NCBI RefSeq assembly: GCF_009914755.1
Contig: NC_060928.1
Source of the DNA: the human T2T-CHM13v2.0 reference genome, Homo sapiens
Reading direction: 5' to 3' (one strand)
Length of the DNA: 64,000 bases
The notes beneath the pieces are model-generated. The model saw only the letters and a program-made list of their open reading frames with translations, had not been told where the DNA came from and searched no databases. Both the position numbers and the translations under genes were made by a program. The number at the start of each line of letters is the position of its first letter. Position 1 is the stretch's first letter. Below, in pieces: positions 50,699 through 64,000 of this stretch.

Positions 50699-51266
50699 TG
50701 TCTGGAATTGGTTCCTTTCAGTGGGTTATTGGTCTTGCTGACTTCAAGAATGAAGCCAGCAGACCCTCGCGATGAGTGTTACAGTTCTTAAAGATGATGT
50801 GTCCAGAGTTTGTTCCTTCAGATGTTCAGATGTGTGCAAAGTTTCTTCCTGGTCTCGCTGACTTCAGGAGTGAAGCCGCAGACCTCCACAGTGAGTGTTA
50901 ACAGCTCATAAAGGTAGTGCGGACCCAAAGAGTGAGCAGCAGCAAGATTTATTGTGAAGAGCAAAAGTACAACGCTTTCACAGCGTGTAAGGTGACTCAA
51001 GGGATTGTTGCTGCTGGCCTGTAGCCAGCTTTTATTCCCTTATTTGGCTCTGCCCAAGTCCTGCTAATTGGTCCATTTTACAGAGTGCTGATTGGTCCAT
51101 TTTACAGAGCACTGATTGGTCCATTTTTACAGAGTGCTGGTTGGTGCATTTACAAACCTTTAGCTAGACACAGAGCACTGATTGGTGTGTTTACAATCCT
51201 TTAGCTAGACAGAAAAGTTCTCTAAGTCCCCACTGGAACCAGAAACCCCACCAGCTTCACCTCTCA
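50699..51266 (-). mobile_element. Short LTR12 (LTR12F-like) solo LTR
   Basis: tgtctggaattggt..ctgattggtccattttacag repeats..cttcacctctca; 5-bp TSD ataat (50694-50698, 51267-51271). Confidence 0.9.
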
Positions 51267-51536
51267 ATAATACTCAAATGCACATTGTCATCATTATGAA
51301 TATCAAAAACATATACTACAAATGAGAATACTAAATATATTTCTTTTTTAATGTGGAAAATTTCAAATACAAGATAGAAATACAAAAAAAGCAATTAGAA
51401 AATCCTCCCATAGATACAATTCTAAGCATTTTAATACTTTTCAATAAATGGCCAATCTTGTTTCATTTTTGCATACTCCTTCTGCCACCCTCTCAACAGT
51501 GGATTATTTTGAAGCAAGTTCCAGACAACATCTCAT

Positions 51537-52566
51537 TGATAGTGACAGGAGGCAGCCAAATGCCTAAGCAGATAGGCATGGTATTTGGTGCAGCCCCACC
51601 TCCAAGCCAAAGATAGTTTAAAGCCCAAAATCCAAGCTACATGTTAAATCCTAGTACTGGATTGAGAATTTGTCTTCCTGTTTGGCGTGCTTTTTTCTGA
51701 TTGGTCCCCACCCTTCACCTATTTTACATATACTTACCCTTTCCTAATTGGTTTTCTACACTGTTGTGCCCACCTTCCAGTGGTGCCTTTGCTTTAACCT
51801 TTTTTTACATAGTCCTAAACCAATCAGCTCGCACTCCCCATCCTGTGCCTATAAAGGCCCCAAACTCGGTCAGTAGAGGGAGTGATATGGTTTGGCTGGG
51901 TCCCCACCCAAACCTCATCTTGAATTGTAGCTCCCACAATTCCCAAGTGTTGTGGGAGGGACCCAGTAGGAGGTAATTGAATCTGGGGGATGAGTGTTTC
52001 TCATGCTATTCTCATGATAGTGAATAAATCTCACGAGATCTTATGGTTTTATAAAGGGGAGTTCCCCTGTACAAGTTCTCTTCTCTTGTCTGCTGCCATG
52101 TGAGATGAGCTTTTCACCTCCTACCATGATTGTGAGGCCTCCCCAGCCATGTAGAACTGTGAGTCCAATAAACCTCTTTCTTTTATAAATTGCCCAGTCT
52201 CAGGTAAGTCTTCATCAGCAGCATGAAAGTAGACTAATATAGGGAGAGACGGCCTAATTTCAGGGAAGAAACAGCCTGACTTTGGGGAAGAGAACCTGTT
52301 CTTCCTGTCCCCTCTCCAGCTCACCTCCCCACTGAGAGCCATTTTCATCACTCAAATTCTTCTCCACCCTTCTCACCCTTCAATGTCCAGAATATCCTCT
52401 TTCTTTTTGGGTGGAGTACAAGAGCTTGGGAGCTATTGAACATGGGTACAAGCTATAACACAGGCAAGCTGGGGCATGCCAGCATGGCTGAGCAAGGCAC
52501 AGGTGGGGTGTTGCCGGCCAGAGGTCCACAGTTTGCAGAGTGACTGAAAAGAAAAATCTTGCTTCA
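51537..52566 (+). mobile_element. ERV1 solo LTR (LTR9-like) containing a nested THE1
   Basis: tgatagtgacaggaggcagccaaatgcct..; ccaat ~51820; tataaa 51850-51855; ends aaaaatcttgcttca. Confidence 0.75.
51883..52241 (+). mobile_element. THE1 (B/C-like) solo LTR
   Basis: tgatatggtttggctg..gactaatata; 5-bp TSD gggag (51878-51882, 52242-52246). Confidence 0.93.
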
Positions 52567-53324
52567 TAATTTTATAGCTCTAAAAGATGAGCACTTATAT
52601 TTTCAACATAACTGATATATTATCATTATATCTAAACATCTTTTGAAATTGCCATATATACACTGTTCAAATTCCCCATACCTTTTGTTTCTTTGAATTA
52701 AGATAAAAAATGACCATAAATTGTGATTTTATTATGTCTCATTAGTCTCATTTGTTTCTTTAGTTTTCATATTTTTTATTTTTGTGAGTACATAGTAGTT
52801 GTAGGAATTTATTGGGTATATGAGATATTTTGATATAGGTATACAATGTTTAATAACCACATCAGGGTCATTTAATAAATAGGTTTCCAATCCCTCTATT
52901 TCTTTCTCTGCCATTTATTTGTGGATGAAACTGGTTATTTGTACAGAAGAGTTTCCCACAGTCTTGATTTTACTTACTCCAGACCCATGGTGTTGTCCAA
53001 CAATTTCCTCCATCTCCTTAGTTCCTGTAAGTTGGCAGTTCGATTGAAATTCAGCTTTGTGTTTCTTGGCAAGAGTAGCTAATAGATGGCATTTCTACAA
53101 CCAGTTGGTGTAAGTCTGGTTGTTTTCTTTCTTATGTTAATAGTCACTAACTATCATTGCCTCAATACATTCTTTCACTTCATGGCAATATTCTAACTCT
53201 TATTTTTTTTCCCTCCATTTATTGGTTGGAATAATATGAAAAGAAACTTCCCTTCATCATCCATGTATTTGCTTACTTTTTATTAAAGTCATAAAAGAGG
53301 CAGAATGAATACTTGACTTAAAAT

Positions 53325-53510
53325 ATATGTATAAATTATATATAAAATATGTATACGTAAATTATATATGTATACATGTATATACAGTGTATATATAAAA
53401 ATATGTAAAATTATTATAAATAATAGTTTATTATATATAATGTATATATACATGTTTAAATATATGAACATATATATGTAATTTAAATGTGTATATGTAC
53501 ACACATATAC
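53325..53510. repeat. (TA)-rich low-complexity tract
   Basis: Direct reading. Confidence 0.85.
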
Positions 53511-54389
53511 ATTTTTTAAATGAGGTGGTTTCCTAATATTCTTCAAGGGGAGCTGTTGAGTCTGGTTTAGAGTTTTTCTAATTCTAGTGGAAGGGTCTTT
53601 AGCATTTGATTGCAGATACCAATCAGCACAGGCCTGCTCTTGGAGGTCTGAATGCCTACTCTACAGGACTTCCAAGTTCAAAGATGCCAGCACCATCTCT
53701 GAAGAACCCTTCTTCAGAGTTCTGAGTCCCAGTTCTGTTGAGCCCCTCTTTATGCTTCCAATTTCTAATTGCAACTTTCCTCCTTTATTTTCCTGGTCAT
53801 AGGTAGCAGTTGTGTTTTGTCATTACTACTTGTATAAAATCTTGGTATTCCTATTTTTTTCTAGTTAAATAATTTCATTTTTAAAACATTTAAACCCCTG
53901 AATAATTTTGAACTAATCCTGTCAATGGTACCAGAAATTGAAACAGTTTATTTATTTTTCCTATGATTAATCAGTTAGCTCAAAATTACTTATTAAAAAG
54001 TCAAGGTTTTCCTGGATATTGTTTTTTCTTTTAAATGGGTTTTTATAATCAACATGTCAAGCTCCAGACACAACCATTTAGTACATGATAAAGGTAGTAT
54101 TTAAATCAGTGGGGGGACAAATTCTTGTAGTTGGTATGAAGAAGTGCTGCTGTTGTTGACACTCACAGGAACCGGAGGCAAGACAGGAAGGCTATCATCA
54201 TTTTATTTTTCCTAGAGGCTCCAATTTTGCAGTGCCTCCTGCAGACAGAGACTAAGAAAAACAGCAAGCAAACAAATGCGGTGGGATGAGTCCCAGCACG
54301 CATACCAAGTCAGTTATAGAAGGGCGAGTTTTGAAGCTGAGACACAAAAGCTTAATAACTGGCTTATTTACAGTCTCCTGCAATTACAA

Positions 54390-57300
54390 AAAAAAATTGC
54401 TATATGAGTAGCATTATCCATATAATTTTTCATCTATTTACCAGATTTTTAGACAGATTCCTAGAAATGAGATTGCTGGGTCAAAGGATAAATGCAGAAT
54501 ATTGAGAAACTCTCCTCCTAGGATAGTTATCATTTTGCATTTCCAACGTTAATTATGACAGTGCCTGTGTTCTCTCAACCTCATCAACATGTACTGTCAA
54601 ACTTTGGGATTTTTACCAGTCTGATGGGTGAGAAAGAGTATTTCAGTTTAGTTTCAATTAGCATATCCTCTTGTTATGAGAGAGTTGTATTTTCATATAT
54701 ATATATATGAGCTATTTGCATTTCTTTTTCTGTGAACTATCTGTTTTTATCTCTTGCTCATTGGTCATTTACTTCTCTATTTTCAGAAGGTTTATAAATA
54801 TTAGGGATAGTAGCTAGTTTAATTGATATACTTTTTAAACACTTTTTCCAATTACTCATTTGTGTTTTTTACTTTGCTTATTTTTTGCAACGCGAAAGTC
54901 ATTTCTTAATACGGTTAATCAATGTTTTTCTATTGCATCTGAATTTTGACTCATAATTAGGGCATTTTCTCACTCTCATGTTTTCTCATATTTTCTTGAT
55001 ATTGTATAACTTATTTTTTCATTTAGAACTCTAAACCAGTTGGAATTTATCCTGTCAACAGTGTCAGAAATAAATACAACTTCATCTATTTTCCCTGTGG
55101 TTTATCAGTTGTCTTATCATCACTTACTAAAAGTCCATCTCCTTCCCACTGTTAATGTTGCCTTTAGCATATACTAACTACATTTACATATGCAGTAAGT
55201 CTATTTATGCATTGCTTATTCTATTGGTCTGGCTTCTATTTGTACAATGATAAAGTAATTTAAATTTAGAGACTCAAGACAATGTTTTAATAATTAATAA
55301 AATTAGCTTTTTCTGACTTTTATTTATTTGTTCTTTTAAATAAAGTTTATAATTAAATTCCCATACTCCAAGGAAAAAAATTAATTTTTTTCTTAGAGAA
55401 GCTTTAATGCTGTCAATCAACTCATGGGAGATTAAAGTCTATGTGATATTAAGTCTCTCTGTCCAAGAACATGGTATGTGTTTTTGTTTATACACACAAA
55501 CACACACAAATACACATTTGTTGGACATAAGTTCGCATGTAGGTATTCTATTTGTTTATTTATTTTCACTTTTGTAAATGATATTGTTTCATCCTTATCC
55601 TCTTTTTGAAGATTCATTTTATGATTTTGTAAGCTGATACCACCCTTAAATTCTTATATAGCTTCTCTACCAATTCTTTTGTTTTTCTATACATATAATC
55701 ATATCTGAAATTGAGATTCTTGCTTTCTAATTCTTATGCCTCTATGTTTTTTGTTAACTAATTTTGTAAGCTAATATCTGCAATAAAATGATGAATAGTA
55801 ATAGAAGTAGAGAATACATTTGCCTTGTACCTGACATGAAAGGGAAAGTCTCCAATGTTTTCCCACTAGGTGAGAGACTGAATTTCAGGCAAGATGTGTA
55901 TGTGTCTGAATGTGTATACATGCTCACTCAAATAAAAGTCATACATTTTTATTTTTAAAGCATAATAGATTTTAAATATTGTCAAATATCTTTATGCATC
56001 TATGCATTTGTGATTTATCTCCATATTAATAAAATGGATTATATTAATGTTTGTTACTATTTAACTATCCTTACATTCCTAGAGTTTTTTTGTTAACATT
56101 TAACTATCCTTGCATTCCTGGAATTTGTTTGTTAATTTCCTGGGATACAAGAATAGTTTGATTTCAACATGGCCATTATTTATTATTCCAATATTAAGAA
56201 ATTAGATTTGATTGTAATTTTATTTTTGGAACAATCTATATAATGTTTGGAGTCAATAATATACTTGCTTCCTGATATGAATTTGGGTTTTTCTTTATTA
56301 CCTCTGTTCTAGAAGAGTTTAGACAGCCTTATGATTTTCTTATTTTCAAATTTTGGCAAAATTCTCCTCTGGACCCGTTCAGGTTTATTCTTGGTTTTGG
56401 TTTGGTTTTGTTGAGTAATTTCAGTTTCCTCTATTTATCCTAAGGTAAATATGTTTAAACTTTGTATGTTTTAGGATCATTTCATTTTGACAAATTGTAT
56501 TTTGCTAGGAAATTACTCTTCCCCTCCACCAAAAATCTCCACATTTCCCTCACCCCCAGCCCCTGGTAACCACCATTCTAATCTCTGCTTCAAGGCAACT
56601 TTTTTAGATTTCACATATAAGTGAGATCATGCAGTATTTGTCTTTTTACACATGACTTATTTCACTTAGCATAGTGTTTTTTAGGCTTACCCATATTGTC
56701 CAAATGGCAGGATCTCCTATATTATGAATAAGTAACATTCCATTGTGTGTGTGCACAACACACACACACACATATATATATCACATTTTCTTTATCCATT
56801 CATCCTTTAATAGACATGAATTGTTTCCATATCTTAACAATTGTGAATAATGCTGGTGCAGATATCTCTTTGAGACACTAATTTCATTTCCTTTGGATAT
56901 ACAAGAAGAATAACTGGGATGGTAGTTATATGATAGTTGTAGTTTTTATTTTTTTTTAGGTAACTTTGTACTGTTTTTGACAATGGCTGCACCAATTTAC
57001 AGTCCCACCAACAGGGTACCAGGGTTCCCTTTTTTCCACACCCTCACCAACACTTCTTGTCTCTTGTCTTTTTGATAATGACATTCTAATGTGTGAGGTG
57101 ATATTTGTGGTTTTGATTTGCATTTGAATGATGATTTGTTCTGTTGAGCACCTTTTCATATACCTGTTGGCCTTTTGTATGTCTATTCAAGTCCTTTGAG
57201 CATTTTAAAATTGGGTTATTTGGTTCTTTTCTACCAAGTTTTGTGACTTCCTTTATTTTGGATATTAACTCCTTGCCAGAGGCATGATTTGCAAATATTT

Positions 57301-58560
57301 TCTTCCAATTTGTGGTTTCCCTTTTCATTTTGTTGATTGTTGATTTTGCTTTTAAGTTTGATATAGTCCAAGTTGTTTATTTTTGCTTTTGTGGTCTGTG
57401 CCTATGGTGCCATATCTAAAACACCATTGCCAAGACCTATGTCAAAGTGCTTTTTTCATGTTTTCTTCTAGAAGTTTTATAGTTCTAGATCTTAAATGGC
57501 AAATTTGCTATTTAAGCTTTTAATCTATTTGAAGTTAATTTTGTATACAGTGTAAAATGAGGGCACAGTTTCTGCTTTTGCATGTAGATGTCCAGTTTTC
57601 CCTAGACTGTTAAAGAGACTATCCTTTACTCATTGTATATTCTTGGAACTCTAATCAAAAATTAGTTAACCATATATGTGTGGGTTTATTTCTGGGCTCT
57701 CTAATCCATTGGCCTGTGTGCCTGTTTTTATGCTAGCAGCATAATATTTTGATGATTATAGCTGTGTAATATAGTTTGAAATCAAGAAGTGTGATGGTTA
57801 TCCAGCTTTGTCCTTTCTCAAAATTGCTTTAGCTATTGAAGGTCTTTTGTGGTTTCATGTGAATCTTAGGATTTTTTTTTCCATTTCTCTGAAAAGCCAT
57901 TGGAATTTTGATAAGAATAACACTGAATCTGTAGATTGCTTTGGGTATTATGCAGATTTAACAATATCAATTCTTCTAATCCATAAACATAAGATAATGA
58001 AAAATAAAGTAATAAATTTTTCTAATCTATAAACATAGAATAATAAATGGAAGGATACTTCCATTTATTTGTATCTTGTACATTTCTTTGATAGCTGTCT
58101 TATAATTAAATATTATTCATTTTATCTAGATTTTCAAATATATTTGCATAGAGGTATGCAGAATAATCTGTGGTATTCTTCCTTCAGTTGAGAAGGAAAC
58201 ATTGCCATTTCCAATTTTCTGTATTTATGTTCCTGCCCTTCACTTTTTAAAAACATTCGTCCAGCTGTTCATTTAGTCTAGTTGATAATTTCAAATAATA
58301 GGGTTTACTTCTGGATTTATTGTTAGTTCTTAATGGTGTTCTGTTTGCTATATATTTCAGTTTTGGAGTCAGTTCTGCTTGATTTTTGTTTGTATAGTCC
58401 TTTCTAAAATTTTCTTGTTCCTTGCAGTTGAGTATTTAATACACTTTTCATTTTTATTGTTATAGGTATTTATATAATCTGTAATTTTTCTCTAATACCT
58501 AAACTTTGCTATATCCCACCAATTCTGAATACTGCATTCTCGTGATCCTTTATTTCTTGG
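54390..58560 (-). mobile_element. Old L1M fragments, including a better-preserved L1MA/MB piece at ~56530-58085
   Basis: ccccagcccctggtaaccaccattct, gtgagatcatgcagtatttgtc; degenerate ORF2 peptides at 56956-57328. Confidence 0.75.
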
Positions 58561-58599
58561 GTCTGAAATTTTAGTATATTCTCTCCAGCACAACAGTCA

Positions 58600-59818
58600 T
58601 GTGATGGTTAATTTTATGTGTCAACTTGATGGAGTCACAGGGTACACAGATATTTGGTCAGACTTTATTCTGAGTGTGTCTGTGAGGGACTATTTCAATG
58701 ACATTAATGTTTAAATCAGTAAACGGAGTAAAGCAAATTGCCCTCCCCAGTGTGGGTGGGTTTCATCCAATCTGTTGAAGCCTTAATAGAACAAAAAACC
58801 CAATAGTCCCATGAATGAGAAAGAACTCCCCCTACTGTCTGTTGAACTCGGACATAGTCCTTTCTGATCTTTGGGCTCATCCTGAAGCATCAGCTTTTCT
58901 TGGGTCTTGGGCCTTCTGGATTTTGAATTGGAACTTATACCGTAGGCTATCTTGGTTTTTAGGACTTTGGACTTGAATTGGAACTAAATGTGGGCTCTCC
59001 TGGGTTTCCAGCTTGCCAACTGCAGGTCTCAAGACTTCTTAGCCTCCATAATCATGTCAGTCAGTTTGGTAAATATATATCTTTCTATATGTGTGTGTGT
59101 ATATACATATACCATATGCATATGTGTATGTATATGTGTATTACATATATATGTACATATACATAATATAACTACACAATGGCCCTCCTAGGTCTCTAAC
59201 TTGCCACCTGCAGATCTAAGGATGTTTTAGGCCCCAAAACTGTGCCAGTTTATTACAACAAATGTCCTTCTATAGATATACTATGTACATACATATATAT
59301 GTGTATATATAATGTATACATATATGTGCATCATATATGTATATATAATACATCTATATATAGAATACATATGTATTCTAATACATACATATATTAGTCC
59401 ATTTTCACACTGCTGTAAAGAAATACCTGAGACTGGGTAATTTATTAAAAGAAGAGGTTTAATTGACTCAGTTCCACATGGCTGGGGAGGCCTCAGGACA
59501 GTTGCAATCATGGAGGAAGGGGAAGCAGGAACATGATGGCAGGAGAGAGAGAGTGTGTGAAGAGGTAAGAGCCCATTATAAAACTATCAGATTTCACGAG
59601 AATTCACTATCACAATAATAGTATGGGGGAAACTGCCCCCATGATTCAATCACCTCCTACCAGGTCCCTCCCTTGACACGTGGAGATTATAAGGATTACA
59701 ATTCAAGACGAGATTTAGGTGAGGACACAGAGCCAAAACATATCAATATAATATGTACATACATGCACACTCACACACACACACAAGTGGTTTTGATTCT
59801 CTGGAGAACCCTAATACA
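58600..59818 (+). mobile_element. MLT2 (ERVL) solo LTR with TA/CA microsatellite and nested MST
   Basis: tgtgatggttaattttatgtgtcaacttga .. ctggagaaccctaataca. Confidence 0.88.
59390..59745 (-). mobile_element. MSTA-like MaLR solo LTR
   Basis: tattagtccattttcacactgct..gagactgggtaattta..agccaaaacatatca; near-TSD ataca/atata. Confidence 0.88.
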
Positions 59819-60729
59819 AGTTGTTTAACAGAGTTTTTGTTGTTGTTTTTAAATTACAAGTGGAAGGAGCTTTCTGTTTTATAATTTGGGATTTTTTTTT
59901 GTTTTAATTGCAGTATGTTCAAATAATGGTATTTATATTATTTCAACTACACATACATAATTTTGTTGTTTAGGAATTTTATAACTATATTGTTGTGGGG
60001 CAATGTTAGAACATGATCTGTTTTGGCTTTAGAAATGTTTAACTCTCCTTTCAGTCATTGATGTTTTTTATTTGTCCTTGAGTCTTCTGTGGCTTCTGTT
60101 TTATGAAAGTCATTTCTATGGTGTATTCAACCTACTGCTCTGAAGTGTTTGCTTAAACTGGAATGGTAAATCGGAGAGAAATAAACTTCTATTTTTTGAG
60201 GCTGCATTTCTGGTCTCTCTATTCAGCTTCACTTTACTGTATGTAACTAACCATAGACAAACCTAACAAATTTGTAGCTCCAAAGAGAGATTGGCTCGTG
60301 ACAAGATACCTTCATCAAATGATCAGTTCCACCTAATGAAAATGAAATGTGGCTTGCATTTGGGACTAATTCATAAAGGAAGATGCTTTCTGTTATTTTG
60401 CCACTTTCTTCCCCACAATCACTTCAAATTTTAGTAATTCAATTCCATAGGGTACTTGTAACACAATCCAGTATGTTACTAATTTCTAAAGGGTAAGAAA
60501 TGCAAACTATTAGCTGAATGACTATATAAATGAGTTATACTTAAGACCAAGTGAATAATATTGCTTAAAATTTTCATATATCAGATTAAGTATCTCCAAA
60601 CAATATATTTCTCTTCTTACAATTGTATTTCACAAAACCCACCATTCTAAATTTCCTCACATATTAGGAAATAGCTCAAGAATTGGTCACTTTTCAGCTG
60701 TGTAACATTTAGCAAATAAAGAAAACACG

Positions 60730-61042
60730 AGCTGGGTGCAGTGGGCTCATGTCTGTAATCCCAGAACTTTGGGAGGCTGAGGCAGGCAGTTCATTTGGGG
60801 TCAGGAGTTCGAGACCAGCCTGGCCAACATGGCAAAGTCCTGTCTCTACTAAAAATACAAAAAAAAAAAAAAAATTAGCCACGTGTGGTGGCACACACCT
60901 GTGATCTCAGCTATTCAGGAGGCTGAGGTATGAGACTCGCTTGAACCCAGGAGGCTAAGGTTGCAGTGAGCCAAGATCATGCCACTGCATTCCAGTCTGA
61001 GTGACAGAGAGAGGCTCCATATCAAATAAAAAAAGAAAAAAA
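60730..61042 (+). mobile_element. Alu (S/J)
   Basis: Dimer with extended A linker and tail. Confidence 0.93.
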
Positions 61043-61595
61043 GATAACTCTACTTTTTTTTTTACCAAAAAATCAAAAATTTGAAAATGACTAAATTTCA
61101 ATATTGTTCCATCAAGGTAAAGTAAAATGAATACTATTTTTTTAATTTTACAAAATAATTATCATGTTCAACAAATACATTTCATGTTGTCACAGTAGGA
61201 ACATAATAAAAGCATAATTCAAATGTATTTGCATTTCAGATTTAGTACTTTGTAAATATGTTGACAAGTTGAATATTCACATATACGAGAGAACTGAGCA
61301 GTTACTTACAAGTAATTAACATTGAATAACTTTTCTGAAATGGTGTAAGGTCAGAAGTCCTATCCCATTCAATGGGGGATGATAACCTCTATTGCTTTTG
61401 TATTCTTGGGTAGTAATTTATGGAGTTACTGGAACTGTTAAATTGTAGACAAGTTAGGGAACTTATGAGATACACAAACTTTGTTAGGGTGATCTGTGAA
61501 CTTAATCACCATTCTCATTACATCAGTTGATGCAATAATAATAGACTGTTGTGAGTACCCTATTATTATAATTGTAAGAGTTAAATACTCAAGTT

Positions 61596-61760
61596 AAGCC
61601 AGGGATGGTGACTCACAATCCCAGCTACTTGGGAGGCTGAGGCAGAAATATCACTTGAGCCCAGGAGTTCAAGGCTGCAGTGAGATATAATCGCAACACT
61701 GCCCTCCAGCCTACATGACAGAGTGAGACCTCATCTCTATAAACAAAGGAAAAGAAAGAA
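61596..61760 (+). mobile_element. Alu monomer (FRAM/FAM-like)
   Basis: cccagctacttgggaggctgagg..cttgagcccaggagttcaaggctgcagtgag..gagtgagacc. Confidence 0.8.
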
Positions 61761-64000
61761 GTTGGGAGAGAATTTAAGGTTAAGGTTATTCCTAGTATAT
61801 GCTTGTCTTACATACCAGTATTTCTGTCTCAATGTTTCATTGGTGTGGGGCCAAATATAACGTATTTGAAATTTGTGGTAACTGCAAACTTCATTTGCTT
61901 ACCTGGGTTAATCAAAATTTACACATGGCCTACGAATCTCTAGTTATTTCCTTAAAATTAACAGTCATTTGAGAAATTATATAGTCAATTTAATTATGTA
62001 TGCCTAAAATAATTTAATAAATACCTATGACTTCTTAACCCACATTTGTTTCTATCAATTTATTTCCCTGCCTATTTTTGAAAAATCAAATTCTGAATAT
62101 ATGCATAGAAATTTGTCGTACATCCACTATTCAGCATGTGTTGCAGCAAAGATAGTTTAAAAACTGCTTAATTTTAATATTGTTTCTATGGTAATATAGT
62201 GGAATCACATCATATATGTATTTAACTTAATTAGATTCAACTATAGAGGCTTTGTGACAAAGATAGGAACAGAGACAGTGGAAAGGCAAACAGAGAGAAA
62301 GGCAGGGAGAAACTAAAGAGACTGGAATATAGATATAGAATCACAAAGACAAAAAAGGACAGAAAAAATGTATATAGGGCTGAAAATTCCATCTATTTTT
62401 CTGCTCAATAAGTCTACATGCTCCTTGGTTGCACTTCGCTGTCACAAAAGGGCACATCCTGACACTCTGAGTCTACTGTCCAACTCTATTCATCATGTAT
62501 ATGCCTTGGCAAATGTATATTACTATATACATTTTATACATGCGTAAGAGAAAGCTATATTAAAATTATATGTATAAGTTATATGTGTAATTTAAGATAA
62601 TTTTGAAAATATAACTTTTACCTTAACAGGTTTATTTTTAGAGTCCAATCCTACAATATGAAGAAGCTGTTTCCTCTACCCCATTCATGTGATCCAACCT
62701 CCAAACAATCATAAAAGTGAATTTTTGGAGATTATCCAAATTTTGAACTAGGAACAGTCTTTATACTATCAAAGTTAAATAATAGAGCTCTTTACATTAG
62801 AGAATGTGGCATTCATATTTAAGTACTACCCCTTAATAACCATTCTTTACAAAGTTGAAACCATGATCAACATTATCATCATCCTTATTGTCAATACTTC
62901 CTTTACTCAATTATTCATTTCACCAGATAAAACTTTATGATTACTTATTAAGCATTTATTTTAACTAATGGAATCTTCAAATTCTGTAAATCAGGTATTC
63001 CCCTCAACTTTATAATAAGAAAATGGGAGTGATAAGCCAGTTAGCTAAAGGGCTGATTTAGCCTCTGAATACAGATTTTTCTGAATCCAAAGTCCATACT
63101 ATTTTAGGAAGTTGTCTTTAATGCAAAAATCTAGAAAGAACAATATGTAAGAAGAGTAACAGACAGACAGAATTTTTTTTCAAAACTGTATTCTACTTTA
63201 TTTCTGTAGTTGGCATTATATTTACCATTTAAATGTTATTTTTGAAGTAGTTTAAAAACTCTCCTGCATATATTATCCAATAAAATATCTATATACTTCT
63301 TTCTTCTTCTTGTTATATTTGTCAGACACCCATCAGTTATGGTTGTGTGTCTGATTGGAAGATCTTTCCTTTCAAGAATGTGAAATGTTTCCATGGAGAT
63401 CAGCTTGAGATAGCCCAGTGACGAGCTTCTTAGCTATAATTTCACATTGGTTTCTATGGTTTCCAGATAGGGGAAGAAAATGAAGTTGCAGATTTTTTTG
63501 TAATGTAAAAGGTTATTAAAAAATAAGAAATAATGCTCAAATTAATGTCATCACCTAAGGAAAACAACTGCTGTTACTGCAAAACATGAAAGATTTTATG
63601 ATGTATGTTATACATGTATGCACTTTGCTGCGTTTGTAATAAATGAGGAACTATCATGATACGTGAATAATTTCCCAAATTAGCAGACACTCGTTTAAAA
63701 GGGGTTTTAATGAAACATGTTTTAGCAATGATTACTGATAACTGGCTTGCAATCTCCACTTCCTTTTCCTTACATCAAATCTTTAAAGATGTCACACAGT
63801 ACATTTGTTAAGTCAGTACATGAGTAAAATTCCATGGCAGAGATATATCACTTTATCCATTGTTCAACACCTGAGACCAACATCCATACCCATACAGTTT
63901 TTTGGATAGATTTTACTATTAGTGATGAAGCTGTGAACCAGTAAATACTGGACCTAACATTCAAATCCCATTAAAGCGGCTGCACATAAATTGTACTGAT

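Noticed and set aside
59361-59380. Perfect 20-bp palindrome tagaatacatatgtattcta
   Set aside because: Embedded in a TA-rich microsatellite, where palindromes arise readily.

Overview
AT-rich, CpG-depleted primate (human-like) genomic DNA made up mostly of interspersed repeats: three young L1PA insertions plus a small nested one, about 11 Alus and 3 Alu monomers, ERV/MaLR LTRs (LTR12 x2, LTR1-like, LTR9-like, THE1, MST, MLT1, MLT2), DNA-transposon relics (MER1A/B, MER8, MER33, MER5) and old L1M/L2/MIR fragments. I cannot support any intact host protein-coding exon, RNA gene or CRISPR array; the recognisable ORFs are broken L1 ORF1/ORF2 remnants or Alu/LTR read-through. The most interesting signals are structural. 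(1) A ~140-bp L1 3' stub carrying ~540 bp of foreign flanking DNA (3' transduction) is inserted, with its own target-site duplication (TSD), inside ORF2 of another L1 that is itself 5'-inverted. (2) A ~220-bp local inverted templated duplication covers an Alu 3' end plus its flank. (3) There is a 131-bp tandem duplication and a diverged ~65-bp dispersed duplicate. (4) There is a nested/divergent LTR promoter cluster. Subfamily names were assigned by eye and need RepeatMasker/Dfam confirmation; boundaries of old repeats are approximate. I found no evidence of a new coding system.
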